A stretch of 63,431 bases of DNA, counting the filler, from Octopus bimaculoides (lineage: Eukaryota): NCBI RefSeq assembly GCF_001194135.2. It is 5 parts of 5 records of this genome, joined end to end, with 100 filler letters (N's around TTAATTAATTAA, not from the genome) between each part and the next. Parts side by side here need not be neighbours in the genome. Positions count along the whole stretch, not along the records: positions 40,458 to 50,439 come from NC_068982.1; positions 50,540 to 57,475 come from NC_068991.1; 3 more parts are not named here. The stretch is one strand, 5' to 3'. Position 1 is the stretch's first letter. Every line of letters begins with the position of its first letter. Below, one piece after another: positions 40,358 through 52,807 of this stretch. The notes below the pieces were generated by a model that saw only the letters and a program-made list of their open reading frames with translations, made no database searches and was not told the DNA's origin. A program made the translations under genes and the position numbers.

Positions 40358-41580
40358 NNNNNNNNNNNNNNNNNNNNNNNNNNNNNNNNNNNNNNNNNNN
40401 NTTAATTAATTAANNNNNNNNNNNNNNNNNNNNNNNNNNNNNNNNNNNNNNNNNNNNACAACAACAATAACGACAACAACATTGATAGCAACATCAATAG
40501 CAACAATGACAACAACAAGAACAAAGACAAGAACGACTCAGACAAGAAATAAGATGACAGTCAGTAAAGGGAAAGAAACCTTTCGAAAGAAACAATTATT
40601 TTCTTCAAAAATGAAAAAAAAAAAAAAAATCTTCAGAATATCGATATCGAATCATCTTTGATATGAGAATAAAGAGCTTTAATAGCTCCGAGATATGCAG
40701 CTTAATTCTAGTCCTTTCCTTTAGGTTAACAGGATAACCGGCAAAAACAGTCTTCCATCTTGGACAAGATTCTTATCTCTCCCAGGTAAATTTCATAGAA
40801 GCATTCATAACTCTATTTCTGTGGAATGGAATATAATTCTGTGACTAAGATAACGTGGGCTCCAGGAACTATTATCGCTGCTGCTGCTGCTGCTATTAAT
40901 TCAGCCATGATCCACTAGACGTATGAAGAAAAGCGTAAACTGCTGTGACCATCTGGATTAGATTATCAAATGTCTGCATCTTTATTTATTATAGCTGAAA
41001 GTGATTTAAAGGACATTTGGCTGCTATTTTTTTTTGTTATGCTCCAGGCTACCTTTGACCCAGCAGACCTATGATTAATGGCATTTCCTGTTGAGATCAT
41101 TCTAGTTTTGGATAAATTTGACAATTTTTTAAAATCTCGATTTTTTTTTCAGGGACAGTTTCATATGTTGGCGAACGGTCAATGGCGTTGGAGAGCATAA
41201 CAAATCAAAGTAGTCGTTGAGAAAAATTTAGCTGACATAGAGGAATAGAAGCCAGCTGAACCTGCATTGTGATGCCAGCACCATGACTGTTGCTCAATGC
41301 TTCATGAACAAAGGCTGTAAGACATGAGATAGATAGCTGCAACGGAGCTGTATGAGCGTGTGTGGAGTGAACATGCTTACGCACACATGCATCGGTAACA
41401 TTCGCTTATTTTCTTGAAAATGGGGTCATAACCCCGAAATATTGAATACAAGTCTACATTAATTCATATATTTGTTTTCTCGTGATTTGCCTTGCATTTA
41501 CTTCGCATTGTTCTGATCTTACCCACGATCCTTTATACAATATATTCTACAAAATGCTTCATAGTAATTATTCCATTATG

Positions 41581-41625
<45 letters not shown>

Positions 41626-42944
41626 CTTTTACTCTTTTACTTGTTTTAGTCATTTGACTGCGGCCATGCTGGAGTACCGCCTTTAGTCGAGCAAACCGAC
41701 CCTAGGACTTATTCTTTGTAAGCCTATGTAAGCCTAGTACTTATTCTATCGATATCTTTTGCCGAACCGCTAAGTTACGGGGACGTAAACACACCAGCAT
41801 CGGTTGTCAAGCGATGTTGNNNNNNNNNNNNNNNNNNNNNNNNNNNNNNNNNNNNNNNNNNNNNNNNNNNNNNNNNNNNNNNNNNNNNNNNNNNNNNNNN
41901 NNNNNNNNNNNNNNNNNNNNNNNNNNNNNNNNNNNNNNNNNNNNNNNNNNNNNNNNNNNNNNNNNNNNNNNNNNNNNNNNNNNNNNNNNNNNNNNNNNNN
42001 NNNNNNNNNNNNNNNNNNNNNNNNNNNNNNNNNNNNNNNNNNNNNNNNNNNNNNNNNNNNNNNNNNNNNNNNNNNNNNNNNNNNNNNNNNNNNNNNNNNN
42101 NNNNNNNNNNNNNNNNNNNNNNNNNNNNNNNNNNNNNNNNNNNNNNNNNNNNNNNNNNNNNNNNNNNNNNNNNNNNNNNNNNNNNNNNNNNNNNNNNNNN
42201 NNNNNNNNNNNNNNNNNNNNNNNNNNNNNNNNNNNNNNNNNNNNNNNNNNNNNNNNNNNNNNNNNNNNNNNNNNNNNNNNNNNNNNNNNNNNNNNNNNNN
42301 NNNNNNNNNNNNNNNNNNNNNNNNNNNNNNNNNNNNNNNNNNNNNNNNNNNNNNNNNNNNNNNNNNNNNNNNNNNNNNNNNNNNNNNNNNNNNNNNNNNN
42401 NNNNNNNNNNNNNNNNNNNNNNNNNNNNNNNNNNNNNNNNNNNNNNNNNNNNNNNNNNNNNNNNNNNNNNNNNNNNNNNNNNNNNNNNNNNNNNNNNNNN
42501 NNNNNNNNNNNNNNNNNNNNNNNNNNNNNNNNNNNNNNNNNNNNNNNNNNNNNNNNNNNNNNNNNNNNNNNNNNNNNNNNNNNNNNNNNNNNNNNNNNNN
42601 NNNNNNNNNNNNNNNNNNNNNNNNNNNNNNNNNNNNNNNNNNNNNNNNNNNNNNNNNNNNNNNNNNNNNNNNNNNNNNNNNNNNNNNNNNNNNNNNNNNN
42701 NNNNNNNNNNNNNNNNNNNNNNNNNNNNNNNNNNNNNNNNNNNNNNNNNNNNNNTGGGGTGGGGTGTCGTGTGGGCGTCAGGTAGAAAGTCACGTAAATG
42801 GGAAATAGTTAAAAAATATTCTTGGTGTGTGAAGGAAATGTAATATATTGCCATCTACGTGAATATTTTATTTACTTCGATTCAGAAGACATTATATCTT
42901 CAAGACTATCTTGTATGTGTTAAAAATGCTTTTTCTATTGAAAT

Positions 42945-43192
42945 AGGTGGTGGTGGTGGTGGTGGTGGAGACGGCGGTGGTGGTGCTGGCAACGGCGGTG
43001 GTGATGGTGGTGATACTGATGATGAGTTGGGTAGTGGTGACTGTAGGTAGACATGACGACGACAACGACGACGACGTGGACAAATATTATGATGATGATG
43101 ATGATGATGCTGATGTAGTGGTGGTGGTGGTTATGAGGATATGATGATGGTCATGGAGATGATGTGAATGATGAGGATGAATGTAACAAAAC

Positions 43193-43227
<35 letters not shown>

Positions 43228-43540
43228 GATGATGGTGATGATGATGATGGCGATGATAATGATAATGGCGATGACGATGGTGGTGATGTAAAAATAATGG
43301 TGGAGGTATTAGTGGTGATGGCAGTGATGATGGTGATGATCATGTTGATGAGGATGATGACGATGAAGGCGCTGACGACGACGACGATGACGACGGTGAC
43401 AACGATAATGATAAGGTTAAACTGATGACTGTGCTGATGATGTTGATGACAATGACGATGGTGATAATGATGATGATGATGGTGAAGCTAATAATGGTGT
43501 TGATGATGATCTTGATGATGACGACGACGATGATGATCCC
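42945..43540. repeat. Degenerate (GGT)n/(GAT)n/(GAC)n trinucleotide satellite
   Basis: Directly visible; accounts for the poly-M/D/G/V ORFs here. A similar (GGT/GAT)n tract lies at 63267-63431. Confidence 0.95.
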
Positions 43541-43703
43541 CCCCCCTAAATCACCGAATTTATCAATCTTATCATCGATGTTTACGGTGTGTAATATACA
43601 CATATATACATTATATAACTTCATACAGTATACACACACACACACAAGTAAGTATACAAATGTATATATACACCTACAAATGTGTTTATATAATTTTGAA
43701 TCT

Positions 43704-43741
<38 letters not shown>

Positions 43742-44024
43742 GCTTTCGGTGCGAATGGTTTTGTTAGACAGTGCTGAGTTTTACAATCCTGAAAATAATA
43801 ATGATGGTATTTTTTTATAAGCTTAAAGCTTATGGCGATCACCGTGCAATGATTAAGGAAAATATTTTCCTTAGTCATTGCACGGTGATAAAAGCTTATA
43901 AAATATACCATATGTATNNNNNNNNNNNNNNNNNNNNNNNNNNNNNNNNNNNNNNNNNNNNNNNNNNNNNNNNNNNNNNNNNNNNNNNNNNNNNNNNNNN
44001 NNTACATACACATAGACACAGGAG

Positions 44025-44181
44025 CGGCGGCTGTTTTGGTAAGTAGCTTGCTTACCAACCACATGGTTCCAGGTTCAGTCCCACTGCGTGGCACCTTGGG
44101 CAAGTGTCTTTTACTATATCCTCGGGCCGACCAAAGCATTATGAGTGGATTTGGCAGGCGGAAACTGAAAGAAGCCTGTCG

Positions 44182-44216
<35 letters not shown>

Positions 44217-44420
44217 ATGTGTGTGTGTGTATTTGTGTTTGTGTTTGTCCCCTCTCCATCGCTTGACAACCGATTTTGGTGTGTTTGCGGTCCCCGTGAT
44301 TTAGCGTTTCGGGAAAGACACCGATAGAATAATTACTAGGCTTGCAAAGAATAAGTCCTGGGGTCGATTTGTTCGACTAAAGGCGCTGCTCCAGCATGCC
44401 CGCAGTCAAATGACTGAAAC
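44025..44420 (+). mobile_element. SINE family A, near full length with internal (TA)n/(TG)n
   Basis: Head, ccttgggcaagtgtctt core, microsatellite, cgcttgacaaccg...tccccgt...gaccgcagtcaaatgactgaaac tail. Confidence 0.9.
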
Positions 44421-44778
44421 AAGCAAAAGAAAAAAATACATTATATAAAACAAAGTATGTGCGTCAAATATAGCATCGAGCTAAGAGATTGTAATGCAAG
44501 CACAAGAAACAAACAAAACAGGAATGAAAAAAAAAAAAAGAACTCCTCATTCACACGGGGAACCTCAAGCCTGCAAGTGACAAGATGCATCTCAGACAGC
44601 TAACGTAATATCCAAATGCCTATGTAAATATAAAGCTATAAACTTTATATTTCAAACTGTTGATAATATTTATATCCTAGAGAGAATTGCAGAAGCAAAA
44701 ACTAGATAAGCTATGGTTTACGTCATTAAAAACAAAATGGACTTAGATACAGTACCATGATAATAAATTGTTGCTATA

Positions 44779-45290
44779 CGGCGGCGAGCTGGCAGAAGCG
44801 TTAGTGCGCCAGGCGAAATGCTTACCGGTATTTCGTCTGTCTTTACGTTCTGAGTTCAAATTCCGCCGAGGTCGGGTCGATAAATTAAATACCAGTTGCG
44901 TACTGCGGTAGCACGCCGGGCGAAATGCTTAGCGGTATTTCGTCTGTCTTTACGCTCTGAGTTCAAATTCTTCCGAGGTTGACTTTGCTTTTCATCCTTT
45001 CGGGGTCGATAAATTAAGTACCAGTTGCGTACTGGGGTCGATCTAATCGACTAGCCCCCTCTCCCAAAATTTCGGGCCTTGTGTCTAGAGTAGAAATGAA
45101 TACGATGAGTTTGACAAGGCGGCGAGCTGGCAGAAACGTTAGCACGCCGGGCGAAATGCTTACCGGTATTCTGTCTGTCTTTATGTTCTGAGTTCAAATC
45201 CCGTGGAGGTCGGATCGATAGATTAAGTACCAGTTACGTACTGCGATCGATCTGATCGACTGGCTCCCTTCCCCCAAAATTTCGGTGCCT
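44779..45290 (+). mobile_element. Cluster of three tRNA-like SINE family B units
   Basis: ggcggcgagctggcagaa...gagttcaaattcc...ggggtcgataaa...aagtaccag repeated; further copies at 45650-46010. Confidence 0.9.
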
Positions 45291-46158
45291 CAGTCTTGGC
45301 CTGATTTCTACGTTTGGATGTTCTTACTGCCACCTAGCACTCTACATTTATATTGGGTACATTTTTTTATGGCACCACCAATATGGAGGTTGTCTTGCTC
45401 TCGGCAAGTCTACAGATTTAGCTCAACCCTGCGTACTGATTCAGTGGTCAACACTACTGAGTGTCTGAATGTTTATTGTTGTGTCCTGCATTTAAATACG
45501 ATAGTTGAACGACATAGAATTGACAGAGGCTTAAGGATTTCTAATAAAGATGTGCGTATGTGTGAGAGAGAGGAAGAGAGAGATAAAGCTAGAGTTATAC
45601 ATAGAGAGAAAGACAGACAAAGAGATGGAGAAATTTCTCTTTATAGTTTAGGTTTAAAAAGTGGCGAACTAGTAGAATCGTTAGGACGCTAGGCAAAATG
45701 CATTTCACCCGTCTTTATGTTCAGAGTTCAAATTTTGCCGTGGGCAACTTTGCCGAGCATTGGAGTCGATGTAAGCATCTCACCCCTCCCTCGGAATTGC
45801 TGGCCTTGTACCAGAATTGGAAATCATTATTTAGACGCAAAAAGACAGCGAGCTCGCAGAACCGTTATCACGCCGGGCAAAATCCATCCATCTTTACGTT
45901 CAAATTCTGATGAGTTCGTCTTTGCCTTTCATACCCTCGGGGAGGGCAATGCAATCGACTAGCCCCGTGTCCCAAAATTTTAAGCCTTGTGCTTATACTA
46001 GAAAGGATTATTTAGGCTTCAATAATGAAAAAAAAACCCTCATATAGTCGTTTTATATATCCGTTCCTTTATTTCATGGAATCGACAGAGACAAAAGTAA
46101 ATTCTGTAACATACATTACAATATACTAACGAACACTACTGCAAATTATGTAACTCAC

Positions 46159-46203
46159 ACAACTGTAAGATCGCCGAGTGTGTAAGCCATCGTTAACAAA
46201 CTC
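46159..46203 (-). other. Candidate small upstream exon (5' UTR or coding), gene assignment uncertain
   Basis: Long pyrimidine acceptor ttttgttttctcttcttgtctctttag| and donor TGT|gtgagt; 45 bp, open in phase 0 (EFVNDGLHTRRSYSC) and phase 2. Cannot be joined directly to the phase-1 V exon. Confidence 0.3.
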
Positions 46204-46649
46204 CTAAAGAGACAAGAAGAGAAAACAAAAATCTGTAAGAGTTGACATACATCTTAGAAACTTTATCTATTATAGATAAATGTCTGTAGCTTTTATTATC
46301 GTGATTCTTTTAGACCCCGAACTGAATTCACCCGGTCGTGATTTTAAACCTATATATCAAGTGAATTTAATGGTTACAAACATTTACGATTACAAATAGT
46401 GTTTCTTTCCTCCCCATAAAACTGTATGATTTTAACTGTTCAATGTATTTAAAAATTTAGAAAATGGAGAAAAAATTTTTTTTCCTCTTACGTCGATTAG
46501 GAAAAAGAAAAAAAATGCTTTTACGAATAACACATTTTTTCAGTATTATTTTAAATGTATTTAAAAGTGTCTTCTTCGTTTAAATCTTCAAATACTTTAT
46601 GTAGATTAATGTTTACTGAGGCCAAAGACAATGATTAAACGAAAGCAAA

Positions 46650-46741
<92 letters not shown>

Positions 46742-46992
46742 CCTGCCTCTAGATTTCTTCCTCTCCCCTCTTCTCTCTCCACCTCTCAGTCTCTATATGT
46801 TTATAAATATATAAATATATATGTGTATATATTCATATGTTTTAGCCAAAGCAATAAATCCAACATGTGTGTGTGTGTATTTCAGTCTGCACACGTGTGT
46901 GCGCGCGCGTGTGCGCGCGTGTGCGTATGTGAATGTATGTGTGTGCATATATATTTGGTGGTGCAAACAGGAAAACTGATTTCAAAACACGA

Positions 46993-47033
<41 letters not shown>

Positions 47034-47169
47034 CATAAACGTTGTTTTTTTTTCTATTGATAATCGGCATTAGTTACAGAGAAACCGAAAAGAAAGTCTT
47101 GCCGCATTTCAAGATGTGAAAGAAACAAGTACTTCTATGGTCTTAATAGATAGATTTAATCAATATAAT

Positions 47170-47660
47170 ATTTTCCTCTTATTATTAAAACCATAATCCC
47201 AACCATTTGGAGAATTGTTGATCCCTCGGGCGTAAAATACGTCAGGTTTCGAAGCCAAAAAGACTCTCAATATCATTTCAAAACTCTTTATGATATATAT
47301 ATATATATATAAACAACCTACTTTCACTTTAAATAATACTGAAATGATCTGAAAAGATGATAATCAATTGAAACAAATTCAGGAGAGTAAGGAGAATGAA
47401 GTAAAAATTGCAGTCTCTTTCTGAGTAACCTGATTAACTTGTAGTCTTGTATTATCGTGTAAGAGCAACACCCCTTTACAATTAACCACGGACGGGCTCT
47501 TTCTTTTTGCAAATATTTGTACCGTGTTTCCTTTTATCACCCTATCTTTTTTTTATAAAGGCATAATATATCTCAGAAGACGTTACCCAATGTGTCTTTC
47601 TGAAGAAAGTAGCGATTGGTATGAGAAAGATTTGAATACTATTTCTGGTTGACTTACACT
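47170..47660 (-). mobile_element. Mariner transposase C-terminal remnant
   Basis: LLHSPYSPEFVSIDYHLFRSFQYYL resembles the mariner HPPYSPDLAPSDYHLFRSLQ motif. Confidence 0.8.
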
Positions 47661-47867
47661 CTGGGCAATAGTGATTCAGAAAACTTATTTTCAAAAGAGT
47701 TCCCTATTCTTACCATCTCTTCTTTATACAACAGACTGAACTGGAACATCCGTCTTCGTTTCTCATTTCTACAACGTCACAATTATTTAATCTTGCAATA
47801 AAGACATTTTCCAGAAAACTTTTATTTATCTTTTTACCTGGGGAGTTCACAGACGCTTTTTTCTTCA

Positions 47868-47928
<61 letters not shown>

Positions 47929-48144
47929 GCTACTGCCACTGCTGCTGTTGCTGCTGCTGCCGAGACCAATCTGAGTCATCCGTCTGTCTCTATCATTGTT
48001 TGTGACATTGTATAGAATGTCAAAACCACTTAATCTTACAATAAACTTTTCCTGCAAAATTCTATTGTTTTGTTCGTCCATTTGTTGTTCCAGCTGGCAA
48101 CGATCTAAATATGTCTAAACTGTCTGACACCTCACCCCAATAAT

Positions 48145-48700
48145 AAAAAGAGCACTCAGGGAGCGCAAACCTCCGCCAAGGCAACATCAACGTTCTCTCA
48201 ACGATTAGCCGGAGATGATTTTTAAAATGAGAACATCTGAAATAAGCTCAACTGCTCTCACAAACGAGAATACTGAAAATGAACTGGACTACTCTCAAAA
48301 ATTAAGTAAAAAAAAAACAGGAAAAATAATCCAGAATCTTTGTCCCGTACCGGATCGATCCCAAAATCTAATCAGTTCGTGCCAGTCACAAGGCCAATCA
48401 TCCCTGAAAGTTTCATCCGAATCCATTCNNNNNNNNNNAGAATACTGAAAATGAACTGGACTACTCTCAAAAATTAAGTAAAAAGAAAACAGGAAAAATA
48501 ATCCAGAATCTTTGTCCCGTACCGGATCGATCCCAAAATCTAATCAGTTCGTGCCAGTCACAAGGCCAATCATCCCTGAAAGTTTCATCCGAATCCATTC
48601 AGCGGTTCTTGAGATATCTTGTCCACGGACAAACAAACAAACAAACAAACACAACTGAAAACAATACCTCCAACTTCCCTAAGGCAGAGGTAATAATAAA
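48145..48700. mobile_element. Non-autonomous element with short subterminal inverted repeats (Helentron/Pearl-like)
   Basis: acctccgcc near the left end and ggcagaggt near the right end; a related head (gcactcggagagcgcagacctcc) occurs at ~39480-39520. The internal duplication across the 10-N gap is probably an assembly artefact. Confidence 0.5.
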
Positions 48701-48899
48701 GAGTCATCATTAGTTTCTGTAATTGACCAAGCAAGCGCTGCAGAGGTTACATATATTTGCCCATATGTTTCCAAAAAGTATTTCCTTTCTTGCTTTGAAA
48801 CTTTTCAAAAAGCCGAAATGGCTAGTTTAAATCCAGAGGAGAAAGTTGTTAACCTGACTGTCTACTAAACATCCATTCTACACCAGCTTATTGTGACAA

Positions 48900-50297
48900 C
48901 AGCGCCTCTGTCGTGGGACGCTAGACCGACGATTCGGTCGAGTTGCTCGGGGTCTGGTTTGGTTTGGATCTCCAAACGGAGAAGAACTGGAACGAGAAAA
49001 CGAGCAGGGTGGTCACTCTCGCCCGGCAATGGGCCGAGAGGAAGCTGTCCCTAATAGGTCGGGCGGGTGTGACGAACACGTACATCGCATCCGTCATCTA
49101 CTACCGCCTGACCTTCATGCCTTGTCCCGACCCTAACATCACCAAACTAGAACGCATTCTCTTCCGCTTCTTGTGGAAAGGATGCGTTCCGATGGTCAGG
49201 CGATTCATTTGCTGCCAACACCCGTTAAAAGGAGGGCTGGGCATGCCGTAGCTGATGATGCGCAGACACGCGCTGAGACTGCGACATCTCCGGTTCTCAA
49301 GCAACTATGCCGTCCCGGGTCGACCTTGAGCAACTTCAACACAACCAAAGCATTCCATAGGGGATTAGTGGAGAGGAGGTACGACGACGATCTCGGGGCG
49401 AACCTGGCCGTTGACAAGGAATACCTGACCCGCCTGTTCGAGACGACTTTCGAGCCGGGACCTATGGACAACTTACAAAGATCCATGGCCTGGCAGTGCT
49501 ATCGAGAAGCGCTACCCTTTCGGGATAAGCTCTACAGGCATTGCTCGAGAAATACGGGGCCGACTTGCCTGAGATGCGGTCAGACCGACGAAACCGTTCT
49601 ACACGCACTCGTACAGTATCCAACCATTTCCGACCTGTGGGCCTATGTCGAACGACTGCTATCGCGTGTGGGACGAGTCAGTTTATCAACCGAGTCTATC
49701 GTGAATATTGTAGCGTCTCCTTCCTTGAAACGTGAAGGAAGAGCCATTTTCATTGTACTTGTGCCTATGGCGAAAGAATGGATATGGTGGACGCGTCTGA
49801 AAGGTCTAGAGACAAACATTTTCCTCTCTGGTGAATCTCTCATCGATTTCTTCAAGTATCACTTGAAAAGGAAGGTGAGAGTAGAGAGGGAAGTTTTGCT
49901 TAGCGAATGTTTCAACAAAAGATGGGTGAATGTAGCAAGGATGGCAAGTGTGAATGACAGCCACCTTAAGCATAATCCTATGAATCTCCCCCAAAAAGAA
50001 GGGAAAAAAGAGAGTCACTTACTGTAATGAGTCTTTTTTTTTGCATGACATTATTGCCCGAGGTTACCGTGGTCTTTTCCGTAGGCGTTTCTTTCCACGG
50101 ATAACCCTAATCTGTTTCCCCTTTTTACACTATGTCATTTGTGATACACGATCCCTATTGGTCGGCCTTTTTTTTTTCAATGATTCCTTTTGATCGAATT
50201 TCTACCACTCTTTTTTTTCTCCTTCTTCTCTTCCCAAAAAGAAAAGGTCTACTTTGTATTTTGTCCCCTCTGTGTTCAGCGCTGTGTGGCCAATAAT
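48900..50297 (+). mobile_element. Tx1/L1-clade LINE, 5'-truncated ORF2 C-terminus and 3' UTR
   Basis: ELLGVWFG..NW...RKLSLIGRAGV..YIASVIYYRL...FRFLWKG....RR..C.HPLKGGLGMP followed by a zf-RVT-like TCLRCGQTDETVLHAL segment. GC content is elevated; stops and an apparent internal deletion are present. Confidence 0.85.
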
Positions 50298-50369
50298 GAA
50301 ACATATCTGTGTCTCTCTGTGTCTCTCTGTGTCTCTCTGTGTCTCTCTCTGTCTCTGTCTCTCTCCCTC

Positions 50370-50414
<45 letters not shown>

Positions 50415-50539
50415 TTAGATATATATATATATATATATANNNNNNNNNNNNNNNNNNNNNNNNNNNNNNNNNNNNNNNNNNNNTTAATTAATTAANNNNN
50501 NNNNNNNNNNNNNNNNNNNNNNNNNNNNNNNNNNNNNNN

Positions 50540-50592
<53 letters not shown>

Positions 50593-50607
50593 CACATATA
50601 TATATAT

Positions 50608-50650
<43 letters not shown>

Positions 50651-50804
50651 CAGACAGACAGACAAGGAAAGAGAGTGAGAGCGACATGGGTAGATAGACA
50701 ATCCGACGGACAGACAAACGGAGACGGTTACAGACAGACAGACTTACACACAGCCACACAAACATATATACAGACACACACAGACACACATAGACACGGA
50801 CAAA

Positions 50805-50856
<52 letters not shown>

Positions 50857-51035
50857 TATATATAAATTCGGTAGTGTTGCGTTCTATTACTTAATAAATG
50901 AAAAAAATGTATAAACAAACGAAGTAACGTATGCTGAATGTAAAATCGAACGGGAGACAAACGGAAAGTCCATAATTCTTCATTAGTTGTCGATCAATAA
51001 TTCTGTTCAGTTTCAAACCTTTAACGATAAGACTG

Positions 51036-51279
51036 AGTGCTTCCCTAGTGGCGGTGCCAGCAAAAAAGTTTCCTTGGGTAGAATTAGGGACAAGAGCAAA
51101 CAAAACGAAACAAACGAGCAAAACGCCACAGAGTGTGATTTAGGACAGTGGACGAGGACAAACAGTCGAGCAAAATACGGCCTTGGGGCCCAGGAGACAA
51201 GAATATTGGGTAACGTTTCGAAAATATTTTGAAGGATGGAAAACTTTTTTGCCGGCACCGCCAATAGGGAAGCACTTTT
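51036..51279. mobile_element. MITE with ~38-bp imperfect TIRs
   Basis: agtgcttccctagtggcggtgccagcaaaaaagtttcc versus ggaaaacttttttgccggcaccgccaatagggaagcact; no clear TSD. Confidence 0.7.
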
Positions 51280-51650
51280 TCGGAAACAGAAAACACAGGA
51301 AAGTCCAAACATACGTTCATACATACATACATACATACATACATACATACATACATACATACATACATACCTCATTTTTTTACGTGGTAAGATTTCAACA
51401 AGTAGAATAGCTGCAGCATTCAATCAACTAACAGGGTAAAGATAATGTTCTAATAAAAACCGCAAGTCTTGCTAAATATAGCTACCCAGCATTTTCTGGT
51501 TGAAACATTAATTCATTTCGCCATTTTTCAAGCTGAGAATAGTTTGAAAAATGGCAAAATAAATTAATGTTTCGACCAGGGAACTCCCCGTAACTGTATT
51601 TAGCAAGAATTGTTTTTATTTAACATTATATACGCACACGCACGCGCTCG

Positions 51651-51734
<84 letters not shown>

Positions 51735-52379
51735 CACGCACACACAAGCACATGCGAGTGAGTGAACAAACCAAAGAAAGTAGTACTTAGCCCTAGCACG
51801 TAAAGACTGCTACCGCTAATGTGTTAATTCTCCACTGAATGATCATCACCGCTACAACTCCACCTTACTACGTGTGGTATGAAATGCTATGAACTAATAT
51901 CGCTAAATACACACGATATCGCACCAGGCAGACATAGTGGCGACAGCTACTTGCTCTCAACTTGTCCGAGCACGTAAGCTTTGTTATAAAACTGATGTCG
52001 TTTTCGCAGCCTGTGATCTGAATGGACCAATTGAAGCCTAACATCTAGAATTTGTCTCAGATCCAAAAACTCTTCTTCACTAAAATACCTGATATGTTCT
52101 CCCCTGAGTCCAGACAATTTTAGGTCATATAGAGCAAATTCAAATGGTTATTAAATAATCATTTCCATTATAGGCACAAGGCCAGAGATTGTGTGGAGAG
52201 GGGATTAGTCGATTACATCGACCCCATTGTTTCACCTGAACTTATTTCATCGAGCCCAAAACCATGAAAGGCAAAGTCGGCCTCGGCGGAATTTGAATTC
52301 AGAAATGTAATCGTGTCGTTCAGCCTGACCACGAAATCCCATGCAATATGTATGTAAATATGTATTTTCCTCTCTCCCT

Positions 52380-52421
<42 letters not shown>

Positions 52422-52527
52422 ACTTGGGGATGGTCATATTGCCAGTTTAGTCAATAAAAACACACGCACTGTATATTTGGTGTTAATTTGCTTCAGCTTT
52501 ATATTACATTAATCTTAATCTTATTTC

Positions 52528-52571
52528 GGCCAGAGTTCTTTCGTCACACTTCTGTGACCTCATCAGTGGCC
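52528..52571 (-). ncRNA. Minimal type I hammerhead ribozyme motif
   Basis: GGCCA-CUGAUGA-G-GUCACA(GAAG)UGUGAC-GAAA-GAAC-UC-UGGCC: 5-bp stem I, 6-bp stem II, minimal stem III. Confidence 0.8.
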
Positions 52572-52762
52572 CTTTGTTTCCTTCTTTCTTATGTGTGTCT
52601 CACCTTGCTAACTATCAGCCATTTTGTATTTTGTATATATATATTGTTGTATTTCGGGGGATGGTTATTCTTTTTATGTTGCCAAATAAACACACGCACT
52701 ATATATTTGTCTCCTCATTCGTTTATTACTGTTCTTATTTTATTATTCTAACTCATGTCTAT

Positions 52763-52807
52763 TGTCCGGAAATCTTTCGTCACACATCTGTGACCTCTTC
52801 AAAGACA
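52763..52807 (-). ncRNA. Degenerate second copy of the 52528 hammerhead
   Basis: UUGAAGA-G-GUCACA(GAUG)UGUGAC-GAAA-GAUU-UC; 236 bp from the first copy. Confidence 0.6.

Noticed and set aside
40850-40925. MAELIAAAAAAIIVPG signal-peptide-like ORF on the minus strand
   Set aside because: The Ala run is a (GCA)n microsatellite and there is no phase-1 donor.
47710-48081. 123-aa minus-strand ORF with poly-Ser and nearby GT donors
   Set aside because: The poly-Ser comes from a (TAC)n microsatellite; no recognisable domain and no phase-compatible exon could be defined.
48265-48600. ~160-bp exact direct duplication
   Set aside because: The copies flank a 10-N gap; assembly overlap artefact.
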